A DNA stretch of 64,000 nucleotides, from positions 64,001 to 128,000 of the forward strand of contig CAVWIP010000001.1 in the NCBI GenBank assembly GCA_963755125.1. The letters run 5' to 3'. The first letter of the stretch is position 1, and each line of letters starts with the position of its first letter. Both the position numbers and the translations under genes were made by a program. Positions 55,049-64,000 of the stretch are shown here, piece after piece. This DNA is from an uncultured delta proteobacterium (lineage in GTDB: Bacteria; Myxococcota_A; Polyangia; Fen-1088). The notes beneath the pieces were generated by a model that was not told the origin of the DNA, made no database searches, and saw only the letters and a list, made by a program, of their open reading frames with translations.

Positions 55049-56092
55049 GTGACTGTTCAGGAGGTCAAGACATCTTCGGCCCAGGAGGTACTCGTCCTCG
55101 ACGCCGAGGTCAACGTGCTGAGGGCGGTCGAGAGTGTGCTGCTTGAGGCTGGCCTCACCGTCACGGCCCTGGTTTCGCCCGAGCGCGCGTCCGACCAGGT
55201 CGTGAATCGCTTCTTCTCCGTCGTGCTTTGTGATCTCGATACGCCATCGCTCGACGGAGCCATCGAATTCATACGATTCGTTCGCGACAAGTCCCCCTTG
55301 ACCGCGGTGATTGCCATGAGCCGGCGGACTACCTTCGATGTGGTGGCGCCGGCGTTTCGCGCTGGCGCGGCAGACGTGATGGCGGAGAACCGTCACTCCG
55401 TCCTCGCGCTGCGTGACCGGGTGCTGAAGGCAGCCGGGGAGGTCAAGACGGCGCTGGGGCGCGATCAACTCCTGGCTGAATTCGCTGACCTCAACGACGA
55501 GCTCGTGCGCAAGCTGATGGAGTTGTCCGGGCGGGCCACCGAGTTGGAGGACAAACTGCTGGCCAGTGACAGGGAGCCATCGTCGGCCGCCAGCCGGCTG
55601 GGCGCGCTTCACCTCTTGGTGGTTGATGACCAACCCGACCTGGTTACGGCGCTGGAGAAGGCCTTGCCCGCGGACAAAGGCTGGCACCTGCAGCACGCGC
55701 AAAGCGGAGGAGAGGCACTCGACAGCGCGACCCAGACTCCTCCGCAAGTTCTGGTGGCCAAGGAATCGCTACCCGATTTGACGGGAAGCATGGTGGTCAA
55801 GACCATCAAGGCGAGTGTGCCCAGCCTGGTCGCCATGTTGTTCGTGCCCCCCACGGAAGAAAAGGAAGGCGAGGTCAAGATGGTCAACCAGAGTCGCCTG
55901 CACACCTTGATCCCGCGCTTCAGGAACGCATCCGACCTTGTGGCTCAGCTCTCTGATGTGCGCGATGCCTTGCTCAGGAAGGCTCGCGAGCGGCGTCACG
56001 TCAAGATCTTCCAGACGCAGTATCTGGAGATCCTGCAGCGTTGCCAGCGTCTGCAGCAGCAACTCGAGGCCGTTCTCAACGAGAAGAAGTAG
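55049..56092 (+). CDS. Atypical tandem receiver-domain protein with coiled-coil linker
   Basis: VLVLDAE...VVLCDLDTPSLDG and LLVVDDQ...VLVAKESLPDLTG REC-like units; no output domain; start uncertain. Confidence 0.75.
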   Translation: MTVQEVKTSSAQEVLVLDAEVNVLRAVESVLLEAGLTVTALVSPERASDQVVNRFFSVVLCDLDTPSLDGAIEFIRFVRDKSPLTAVIAMSRRTTFDVVAPAFRAGAADVMAENRHSVLALRDRVLKAAGEVKTALGRDQLLAEFADLNDELVRKLMELSGRATELEDKLLASDREPSSAASRLGALHLLVVDDQPDLVTALEKALPADKGWHLQHAQSGGEALDSATQTPPQVLVAKESLPDLTGSMVVKTIKASVPSLVAMLFVPPTEEKEGEVKMVNQSRLHTLIPRFRNASDLVAQLSDVRDALLRKARERRHVKIFQTQYLEILQRCQRLQQQLEAVLNEKK

Positions 56093-56615
56093 GCGGCTGC
56101 TGCTCGTCGATGGCCGCAACGTAGGGCAAGTTGCGATACTTTTGCCCCGCATCCAGTCCGTAGCCCACCACGAATCGATCAGGAATATCGAAACCCACGA
56201 AGTCCAGTGGCACTGAGACTCGACGCCGCGACGGCTTGTTGAGCAAGGTGCAGACGTGGAGGCTGGCGGGCCCGCGCGCCTCCAAGAGGTCGAGCAGGTA
56301 GCGCAAAGTGAGTCCTGTATCCACGATGTCCTCCACCAGCAGGACGTGCTGGCCAGCGAGGGGCAGGTTCAGGTCGCTCGTGATCTGGACAACCCCGGAG
56401 GTTTCGGTGGCAGCGCCGTAGCTGCGCACGCCCAGAAAGTCGCAACGCACATCGCGCGGGATCGCTCGCACGAGGTCCGCCATGAAAACAAACGCACCGC
56501 ACAGGACGCCGACCGCGGTCAGCGTTTCGTCAGGAAGCTGAGCGGCGATCTCGCTGCCAAGGGCCGCCACGCGTGCAGCAATGTCTTGGGCCGAGATGAG
56601 TGGAAGTGGCTGCAC
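56076..56615 (-). CDS. hpt: Hypoxanthine phosphoribosyltransferase
   Basis: GVLCGAFVFMADL, LLVEDIVDTGLTL, FVVGYGLD...YRNLP. Confidence 0.95.
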   Translation of the reverse strand: MQPLPLISAQDIAARVAALGSEIAAQLPDETLTAVGVLCGAFVFMADLVRAIPRDVRCDFLGVRSYGAATETSGVVQITSDLNLPLAGQHVLLVEDIVDTGLTLRYLLDLLEARGPASLHVCTLLNKPSRRRVSVPLDFVGFDIPDRFVVGYGLDAGQKYRNLPYVAAIDEQQPPTSSR

Positions 56616-56703
56616 GGCTTCCTTGCGAACGGTATCATTACCTTCATATCACACGCACTGGGAACCGAGGCGCCAGATGAGTTGTCCATCGGGAAAGAAA
56701 GCC

Positions 56704-57978
56704 ATGCAACTCTCAACTCCCTTGTGTTCCTGGTTGATTCCTGGTTGGGCCGCCGCCTGTGCGGTGACGCTAGGCGCATGTGCGACGTCGGGCGCCCATC
56801 CGCCGGCGGCCGGTCCCGAATCAGGGTCGGTGGTCAAGTACGAGATGGACCCCATCCGAATCGACGCCACCACGGGGCCTGCCGGAATGCAAATCGAGGC
56901 CTATGACGCGCCGGAACTGTTCGAGCAAGCCGGGGTAGCTCTGTCCGATAGGCGATTCGATGTGGCGGCCAAGCTCTACGCCAAGCTGCTCAAAGGCTTC
57001 GCTGATTCTCCCTACGCGCGTGCGTCGCTGTACAACATGGGTCTGGCCCATATTGGCAGCAAGAACTGGGCAGAGGCCGTCGCCGCCTTCAAGGGACTCA
57101 TTGACAAGTACCCGAACCACCCCGACGCGAAGGACGCATCTTTCCAACTGGGCGCGTGCTACGCCGAGCAGGCGAACTGGCCCGCGTCGGCCGAAGTGTT
57201 CGCGCGCATACTCGAGCGGTCAGACTTGTCGGCCGACGATCGCATCGAGGCTCTTGCGCGGCGGGGGTTTGCGCAATTCAACCTGGGCGACCTCGACACC
57301 GCCGAAAAGACCTTCCGTGCCGTCCTGTCGTATCGCCAGAAGATCGAGAATGAGGAACGGCTGGCCACGGACTTCTACCTGGCCTTCTCGCAGTACCATC
57401 TCGCACAGATCTCGCACCAGCGCTTCCAGGCGGTCGAGTTGCGCCTGCCCGAAGCACAGATGGACAAGGATCTCGACCAGAAGGCGAGCCTGCTCCTTCA
57501 AGCGCAACGCGCGTACATCGAAACCATCAAGTACGGCAACCCGGCCTGGGCGTCCGCCGCCGGCTTCCAGGTGGGCTCGCTCTACGAACAGCTCTACGAT
57601 GCCTTCATGCGTGCCCCGATTCCACCGGAGCTTCAGGGCGAAGCGCGGGAGGTGTACCAGGAGGAATTGCACAAGAAGATCCGCGTGCTGCTCGAGAAGT
57701 CGATGCGCTGGCAACGCGAGAACCTGCTCATGATAGAACGCCTGGGAGTCAACACGGATTGGGCCGAGAAGAGCAAGCTGGCTTACGCCAAGCTGCTCAA
57801 GCTGTTGGAGCCGAAGATTCCAGGTGCCCCGGAGGAGCCCGCTGCACCTGCTGTGGCGCCCGAGAAATCACCGGCCGTGATTCCTCCGCCCACCCCACCT
57901 GCACCGCCGCATCGCGGAGACGTCCCGGAACGAACGCCTCCTGCCGATTCCGACGTCGTAGGGCGACAGGTTCTGTAG
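56704..57978 (+). CDS. TPR-repeat lipoprotein
   Basis: LGAC lipobox; BamD/CpoB-like TPR units (YPNHPDAKDASFQLG); Pro-rich tail. Confidence 0.75.
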   Translation: MQLSTPLCSWLIPGWAAACAVTLGACATSGAHPPAAGPESGSVVKYEMDPIRIDATTGPAGMQIEAYDAPELFEQAGVALSDRRFDVAAKLYAKLLKGFADSPYARASLYNMGLAHIGSKNWAEAVAAFKGLIDKYPNHPDAKDASFQLGACYAEQANWPASAEVFARILERSDLSADDRIEALARRGFAQFNLGDLDTAEKTFRAVLSYRQKIENEERLATDFYLAFSQYHLAQISHQRFQAVELRLPEAQMDKDLDQKASLLLQAQRAYIETIKYGNPAWASAAGFQVGSLYEQLYDAFMRAPIPPELQGEAREVYQEELHKKIRVLLEKSMRWQRENLLMIERLGVNTDWAEKSKLAYAKLLKLLEPKIPGAPEEPAAPAVAPEKSPAVIPPPTPPAPPHRGDVPERTPPADSDVVGRQVL

Positions 57979-58140
57979 GGCCGCCTCCCGAGAGTTCGTG
58001 GCTAGCCGGCCGAGTTGACGGCGGCGTCTGCCCACACCTGGCCCACAGATTCGTGCCAACATCGCGGTCCCGGCTCCGGCTGCCGGCCATCCGGCCTCCC
58101 GGCTATAACGCAGCGCTATCGAGAACGGCCCGGATTCTGC

Positions 58141-58169
58141 TTGACACGCCTCAGATCCCGAAATATACG
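58141..58169 (+). promoter_or_regulatory. Putative sigma70 promoter of the tRNA-tuf operon
   Basis: Perfect TTGACA, 17 nt spacer, TATACG, ~90 nt before tRNA-Thr. Confidence 0.5.
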
Positions 58170-58261
58170 TTCGCCCCTCTGACTGCGGGGGAGATAGTTG
58201 TACCCCGTGACCGAGACCACCTAACTAGGCGAAATCGCAGGATATCTGATGAAAACCCGGC

Positions 58262-58333
58262 GCTGGCGTAGCTCAATGGCAGAGCAGCTGATTTGTAATC
58301 AGCAGGTTGCGGGTTCGATTCCCATCGCCAGCT
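58262..58333 (+). tRNA. tRNA-Thr (TGT)
   Basis: GCTGGCG/CGCCAGC stem, CTGAT-TTGTAA-TCAG anticodon arm, GTTCGATT. Confidence 0.95.
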
Positions 58334-58418
58334 CTGCCATTCCAGCGACACGCGGCATGAGCAAAGCAGTTTCGCTGCGCACGCGTTGTTCGATCGACGC
58401 GTGTGGCATTTCCATCAC

Positions 58419-58500
58419 GGAGGGGTTCCCGAGCGGTCAAAGGGAACAGACTGTAAATCTGTCGCCACTGGCTTCGAAGGTTCGAATCCTTCCCCCTCCA
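58419..58500 (+). tRNA. tRNA-Tyr (GTA)
   Basis: GGAGGGG/CCCCTCC stem, CTGTAAA loop, long variable arm, GTTCGAATC. Confidence 0.95.
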
Positions 58501-58555
58501 CAGAAAGCGAGAATGGATCGAATCAGCGACGGGAATTGCGCAAGCATTGCCACAC

Positions 58556-58631
<76 letters not shown>

Positions 58632-58717
58632 GGGGTGACCCGCTGATGGTCGTGGCGAATCACCAAGAAGAAAGAGGATCAGACAACAGAACTAGGGTAG
58701 ACAACCGGGTCCATGCT

Positions 58718-58791
<74 letters not shown>

Positions 58792-58850
58792 CTGCACGGT
58801 AGCTGCTGGACACGGGCTAAACAGAAAAGCGTTCTTTCGGAGATCAGACG

Positions 58851-60047
58851 ATGGCCAAAGAAAAGTTCATACGAAACAAGCCGCACCTGAACGTAGGGAC
58901 GATCGGGCACGTGGATCATGGGAAGACCACGTTGACGGCAGCGATCACCAAGGCACTGGCGAAGAAGAACCTGGCGAAGTTCACGGCGTACGACCAGATC
59001 GACAAGGCGCCGGAGGAGCGGGAACGCGGGATCACGATCGCGATCGCGCACGTGGAGTACGCGACGGAGAAGCGTCACTATGCGCACGTGGATTGCCCAG
59101 GGCACGCGGACTACATCAAGAACATGATCACCGGGGCGGCGCAGATGGACGGGGCGGTGCTGGTGGTATCGGCGCCGGACGGACCGATGCCGCAGACGCG
59201 GGAGCACATTCTGTTGGCGCGGCAGGTAGGGGTGCCATCGATCGTGGTGTACCTGAACAAGGTGGACATGGTGGCGAAGGAGGACGCGGAGCTGTTGGAC
59301 CTGGTGGAGCTGGAGTTACGCGAACTGTTGTCGAAGTACGAATTTCCCGGGGACACGACGCCGATCGTGCGCGGGAGCGCGCTGAAGGCCTTGGAAGGGG
59401 ATCCGTCGGACATCGGGGAAGGGTCGGTATGGAAGCTGATGGAGGCGTTGGACAGTTTCATCCCTGAGCCGAAGCGAGAGACGGACAAGCCGTTTCTGAT
59501 GCCTGTGGAGGACGTATTCACGATTTCGGGACGCGGGACAGTGGTGACCGGGCGCATTGAGCGCGGGATCATCAAGGTAGGGGAGGAAGTGGAGATCGTG
59601 GGATTCAAGGACACGCAGAAGACGGTGGTGACCGGGGTGGAGATGTTCCGGAAGCTGTTGGATGAAGGGCGGGCCGGGGACAACGTTGGGGCGTTGCTGC
59701 GTGGGACGAAGCGAGAGGACGTGGAGCGAGGGCAGGTGTTGGCGAAGCCCGGGTCGATCACGCCGCACAAGAACTTCCGAGCGGAGGTGTACGTATTGAA
59801 GAAGGAGGAGGGGGGGCGGCACACGCCATTTTTCAAGGGATACCGGCCGCAGTTTTATTTTCGGACGACGGACGTGACCGGCGAGGTGAAGCTGCCTGAG
59901 GGGATGGAGATGGTGATGCCCGGGGACAACGTGAACATGGAGATCAACCTGATCACGCCGATCGCGTGCGAAGAGAAGCTGCGTTTCGCGATTCGGGAAG
60001 GTGGCAAGACGGTTGGCTCCGGTGTCGTGACCAAGATCCTCGAGTAG
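58851..60047 (+). CDS. tuf: Elongation factor Tu
   Basis: [25 protein letters not shown]; follows the Thr-Tyr-Gly-Thr tRNA cluster. Confidence 0.99.
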   Translation: MAKEKFIRNKPHLNVGTIGHVDHGKTTLTAAITKALAKKNLAKFTAYDQIDKAPEERERGITIAIAHVEYATEKRHYAHVDCPGHADYIKNMITGAAQMDGAVLVVSAPDGPMPQTREHILLARQVGVPSIVVYLNKVDMVAKEDAELLDLVELELRELLSKYEFPGDTTPIVRGSALKALEGDPSDIGEGSVWKLMEALDSFIPEPKRETDKPFLMPVEDVFTISGRGTVVTGRIERGIIKVGEEVEIVGFKDTQKTVVTGVEMFRKLLDEGRAGDNVGALLRGTKREDVERGQVLAKPGSITPHKNFRAEVYVLKKEEGGRHTPFFKGYRPQFYFRTTDVTGEVKLPEGMEMVMPGDNVNMEINLITPIACEEKLRFAIREGGKTVGSGVVTKILE

Positions 60048-60081
60048 TTTGACTTACTGTACGTGAACTAGGAGAAATCCC

Positions 60082-60243
60082 GTGGCAGCATCCGCCCGAG
60101 TCATCATCACCCTGGAATGTGCCGTCTGCCGCGAGCGCAACTACTCCACGACCAAGAACAAGCGCGCCAACGCAGAGAAACTGAAATTGTCGAAGTACTG
60201 TGGCCGATGCAGGAAGCACACGGAGCACAAGGAGACGAAGTGA
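60082..60243 (+). CDS. rpmG: 50S ribosomal protein L33 (Zn-binding type)
   Basis: GTG start after [25 protein letters not shown]...[18 protein letters not shown] (not in the supplied ORF track). Confidence 0.95.
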   Translation: MAASARVIITLECAVCRERNYSTTKNKRANAEKLKLSKYCGRCRKHTEHKETK

Positions 60244-60245
60244 TT

Positions 60246-60318
60246 AGGGCAGTAGCTCCAATGGTAGAGCAGCGGTCTCCAAAACCGCGTGTTGTGGGTT
60301 CGAGTCCCGCCTGCCCTG
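60246..60318 (+). tRNA. tRNA-Trp (CCA)
   Basis: AGGGCAG/CTGCCCT stem, CTCCAAA loop, GTTCGAGTC; usual position between rpmG and secE. Confidence 0.95.
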
Positions 60319-60380
60319 CTGCCTTCCACAACCCCCTTGCGGGGCTCGCGCGTCGATCGAGAGGAGCGTAGCGGCCAGCC

Positions 60381-60737
60381 ATGGGCCCCAATAAGTACAT
60401 ACATCTGACGTTTGCGGTGGGGATCCTCTTGGCCGCGTTCCTGCTCTTCAAGACAGGGGACTGGATCTGGAGCTACTTCGCCAAGCCGAACGAATTGTTG
60501 CTGCAGGCTGTGGCGCTGTGCGCGGCTGTGCTGATCGGTGTAGTCGCGTATCGCAATGAACGCATCTACGCAACCGCCGTGGACGTGACGCGGGAGTTGG
60601 AGAAGGTCGCGTGGCCCACTCGCAAGGAAACCTACTATGCGACTATCGTCGTGATTGTCACCGTCTTCATCTCGACGGTCATCCTCTCGACCTTCGACGC
60701 CATATGGGCGTTCATGGCCGGCAAGATTCTTAAGTGA
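60381..60737 (+). CDS. secE: Preprotein translocase subunit SecE
   Basis: Three TM segments, ELEKVAWPTRKET motif; precedes nusG. Confidence 0.93.
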   Translation: MGPNKYIHLTFAVGILLAAFLLFKTGDWIWSYFAKPNELLLQAVALCAAVLIGVVAYRNERIYATAVDVTRELEKVAWPTRKETYYATIVVIVTVFISTVILSTFDAIWAFMAGKILK

Positions 60738-60757
60738 CGGACTGCGGGATCTGACCC

Positions 60758-61285
60758 ATGGCGATGAAATGGTACGTCGTGCACACATACTCGGGACACG
60801 AGAACAAGGCTCGTCTGTCGCTGCTCGATCGGGTACGACAGGCCGGGTTGGTGGCGAAGTTCGGCGAGGTGCTGATCCCGACCGACACAGTGGTGGAGTT
60901 GGTGAAAGGGCAGAAGCGCTCGACCACGCGCAAGTTTTTCCCAGGCTACATGTTCGTGCAGATGGATCTCGACCAGGAAACCTTTCATCTGGTCAAGAAC
61001 ACACCGCGCATCACGGGATTCCTGGGCGGAATGAATCCCCAGCCGGTCAAGGAAGCCGAGATCCAGAATATCAACACCGCCATGACCGAGGGCGCTTCGC
61101 GCCCGCGTCCGCGCGAGAGTTTCAAGGAAAGCGACAACGTCCGGGTTACCGAGGGCCCCTTCGCGAATTTTACCGGCGTGGTGGTCGAGGTAAAGGCCGA
61201 GAAGCAGAAACTGCGCGTGAACCTCTCCATCTTCGGTCGGGCAACCCCGGTCGAACTGGATTTTGCTCAGGTCGAGAAGGTCTGA
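60758..61285 (+). CDS. nusG: Transcription termination/antitermination factor NusG
   Basis: [25 protein letters not shown] motif, [10 protein letters not shown]. Confidence 0.98.
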   Translation: MAMKWYVVHTYSGHENKARLSLLDRVRQAGLVAKFGEVLIPTDTVVELVKGQKRSTTRKFFPGYMFVQMDLDQETFHLVKNTPRITGFLGGMNPQPVKEAEIQNINTAMTEGASRPRPRESFKESDNVRVTEGPFANFTGVVVEVKAEKQKLRVNLSIFGRATPVELDFAQVEKV

Positions 61286-61302
61286 GGGACTAAGGCAGAT
61301 CC

Positions 61303-61749
61303 ATGAAGAAAGTCACTGGTTACATCAAGCTGCAGATCCCCGCTGGCAAGGCCAATCCGGCACCGCCCGTCGGTCCCGCACTAGGCCAGCACGGCGTCAA
61401 CATCATGGACTTCTGCAAGCAGTTCAACGCTCGCACGCAGGCGCAGGCCAAGGACGAAGTGACCATTCCCGTGCTGATCACGGTGTTCTCGGATCGCTCG
61501 TTCACCTTCATCACCAAGACACCACCCGCGGCCATCCTCATCAAGAAGGCGGTGGGACTCTCCACGCAGAAGAAGCCGGGTGCAGGGTCCAAGGAACCCA
61601 ACAAGGTGAAAGTCGCCAAACTTTCCAAGAAACAACTCCGGGAGATTGCTACAACCAAGCTTCCGGATCTAAACACCACCGACGTCGAGGCCGCCATGCG
61701 GACCATTGCGGGGACCGCGCGCGCCATGGGCGTAGAGGTGGAAGGCTGA
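61303..61749 (+). CDS. rplK: 50S ribosomal protein L11
   Basis: [34 protein letters not shown]. Confidence 0.98.
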   Translation: MKKVTGYIKLQIPAGKANPAPPVGPALGQHGVNIMDFCKQFNARTQAQAKDEVTIPVLITVFSDRSFTFITKTPPAAILIKKAVGLSTQKKPGAGSKEPNKVKVAKLSKKQLREIATTKLPDLNTTDVEAAMRTIAGTARAMGVEVEG

Positions 61750-61772
61750 AGCAAAGCCGAAAGCAGAAGAGC

Positions 61773-62486
<714 letters not shown>

Positions 62487-62504
62487 GTCGCGAGGAGACC
62501 CGTC

Positions 62505-63038
62505 GTGAACACCACAGAGAAGAAAGAAAACATCAGCACCCTCAAGGACAAGCTCGCGCGTGCGCAGAGCCTGATCCTGGCGGATTTTCGCGGCTTGTCG
62601 GTCGAGAGCGACACCAAGTTGCGGCGGGAGTTTCGTGCCGCCGGTTGCGAATACCGAGTGGTGAAGAACACCCTTTTGGGCCAAGCCGCCAAGGGAACAC
62701 CCATGGAGGTGCTCGAGCCTTTGTTGGCCGGACCCACCGCCATCGCCTACTCGTTCGAGGATCCATCGGCGCCGGCCAAGGTTGCGACCAAGGTGGCCAG
62801 GGGCGAGAGCAAGTTCGTCATCAAGGGCGGTTGTGTCGACGGACGCCTGTTGGATGCGAAGGGTGTGGAGAGCCTGTCAACGCTGCCGGGCAAGTCTGAG
62901 ATGCGCGCCACCTTCTTGGCCACGCTGCTGGCCGTCCCGCAGAATTTCCTGCGCTTGTTACAGGCGGCGCCGCAGAATTTCGCGTATCTGCTTTCGGCGC
63001 GCGAGGAGGCGTTGAAAGAGACCGAGAAGAAGGTGTGA
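62505..63038 (+). CDS. rplJ: 50S ribosomal protein L10
   Basis: DFRGLSV, VVKNTL, GPTAIAY, LSTLP; between rplA and rplL. Confidence 0.96.
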   Translation: MNTTEKKENISTLKDKLARAQSLILADFRGLSVESDTKLRREFRAAGCEYRVVKNTLLGQAAKGTPMEVLEPLLAGPTAIAYSFEDPSAPAKVATKVARGESKFVIKGGCVDGRLLDAKGVESLSTLPGKSEMRATFLATLLAVPQNFLRLLQAAPQNFAYLLSAREEALKETEKKV

Positions 63039-63102
63039 GCCACGCCTGTCGTGGCCAGAGTTTCGAGAAGAATGATTTGAAAACGAACAAGGAGATCCGG
63101 AA

Positions 63103-63495
63103 ATGGCCGATGTGAGCAAGGAGCAAGTTGTTGACTTTCTGTCCAAGATGTCCGTCATGGACTTGGCTGCTCTGACCAAGGAGCTCGAGGACAAGTGGGG
63201 CGTCAAGGCGGCTCCCGTGGCGGTCGCTGCCGCGGGCGCTCCGGCTGCGGGTGCTGCTGGCGCAGCCGCTCCCGCTGCTGAGCAGACCGAGTTCACTGTC
63301 ATCCTCAAGGAGGTCGGCGCAAAGAAGATCGAGGTCATCAAAGTGGTGCGCGAGCTGACTCAGCTCGGTCTCAAGGAGGCCAAGGACCTCGTGGATGGCG
63401 CGCCGAAGACCGTCAAGGAAGGCGTGTCAAAGGCCGACGGCGAGACCATGAAGAAGAAGCTCGAAGAGGCCGGTGCGAAGGTCGAAATCAAGTAG
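63103..63495 (+). CDS. rplL: 50S ribosomal protein L7/L12
   Basis: Ala-rich hinge, [32 protein letters not shown]. Confidence 0.98.
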   Translation: MADVSKEQVVDFLSKMSVMDLAALTKELEDKWGVKAAPVAVAAAGAPAAGAAGAAAPAAEQTEFTVILKEVGAKKIEVIKVVRELTQLGLKEAKDLVDGAPKTVKEGVSKADGETMKKKLEEAGAKVEIK

Positions 63496-63630
63496 GCACG
63501 TCGGCAGTTGACAATTCACGGTCGACTATCGGTCGACAAGCGAAAGTATTTGGTTGCCGGGGGCGCGTATGCGCCTCCGGGTATTCGACTGTGCAGCGTC
63601 CGCCAATGACGAACGGACAGGGGAGAACGC

Positions 63631-64000
63631 ATGGCGTCCCAGATCCAGAATAATTTCCGAGCGCGTAAGAGCTTCGCGAAGATCGCGAAGATCATCGATA
63701 TCCCCAACCTCATCGACATCCAGAAGCAGAGCTACGAGAAGTTTCTGCAAAAAGATGTGCCGGCAGAACAGCGGGAGGATGTGGGGCTGCAAGGCGTGTT
63801 CAAGAGCGTCTTTCCCATCAAGGACTTCTCGGAAACCTCGTCGATTGAGTTCGTCAGCTATACGCTCGACAAGCCCAAGTACGACGTGGACGAGTGCCGG
63901 CAGCGGGGCATGACCTTCGCCGCGCCCATTAAAGTGACGGTGCGCTTGGTGGTGTGGGACACCAATGAAGAGACCGGCTCCCAGTCGATTCGCGACGTCA
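63631..64000 (+). CDS. rpoB: RNA polymerase beta subunit (5' part, runs off window end)
   Basis: [18 protein letters not shown]...[17 protein letters not shown]...[14 protein letters not shown]; follows rplL. Confidence 0.96.
   Translation, partial: MASQIQNNFRARKSFAKIAKIIDIPNLIDIQKQSYEKFLQKDVPAEQREDVGLQGVFKSVFPIKDFSETSSIEFVSYTLDKPKYDVDECRQRGMTFAAPIKVTVRLVVWDTNEETGSQSIRDV

Noticed and set aside
56076..56615. hpt separated from tilS-ftsH
   Set aside because: Gene-order variation of this cluster is common and not informative alone
63496..63630. TTGACA and a GTCGAC palindrome before rpoB as promoter or attenuator
   Set aside because: No properly spaced -10 element or U-tract; too weak to call

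Overview
High-GC bacterial chromosome segment, most likely Myxococcota. This is inferred from the TIGR02266/PilZ proteins, Hanks-type kinases, large TPR proteins and the GYF_2/AgmX-type protein. Most of the window is core genome: recG; pyrR-pyrB-pyrC-carA; tilS-ftsH-folP-glmM-pdxJ-nnr; purB-purC; murJ; tatD; xth; cls; infA; degP-like; alaS; a pilT paralogue; hpt; and the tRNA(Thr-Tyr-Gly-Thr)-tuf-rpmG-tRNA(Trp)-secE-nusG-rplKAJL-rpoB cluster. Accessory material is a ~7 kb glycan-processing block (4977-12078) with gene relics, a truncated PIN toxin, and a family of ~65 bp palindromic repeats, two of which bracket the degP-like gene in inverted orientation. The most unusual signals are several apparently inactivated enzyme domains: an RpiB fused to a PGI-like domain lacking its catalytic Glu/His/Lys, a pseudokinase-GYF_2-TM-AgmX-like protein next to a tandem PilZ gene, a TPR protein with an HEXXH-less M48-like domain, and an atypical tandem receiver protein divergent from the pilT paralogue. 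No CRISPR array, rRNA, transposase or integrase was seen. All family calls come from reading motifs by eye; no database search was run.
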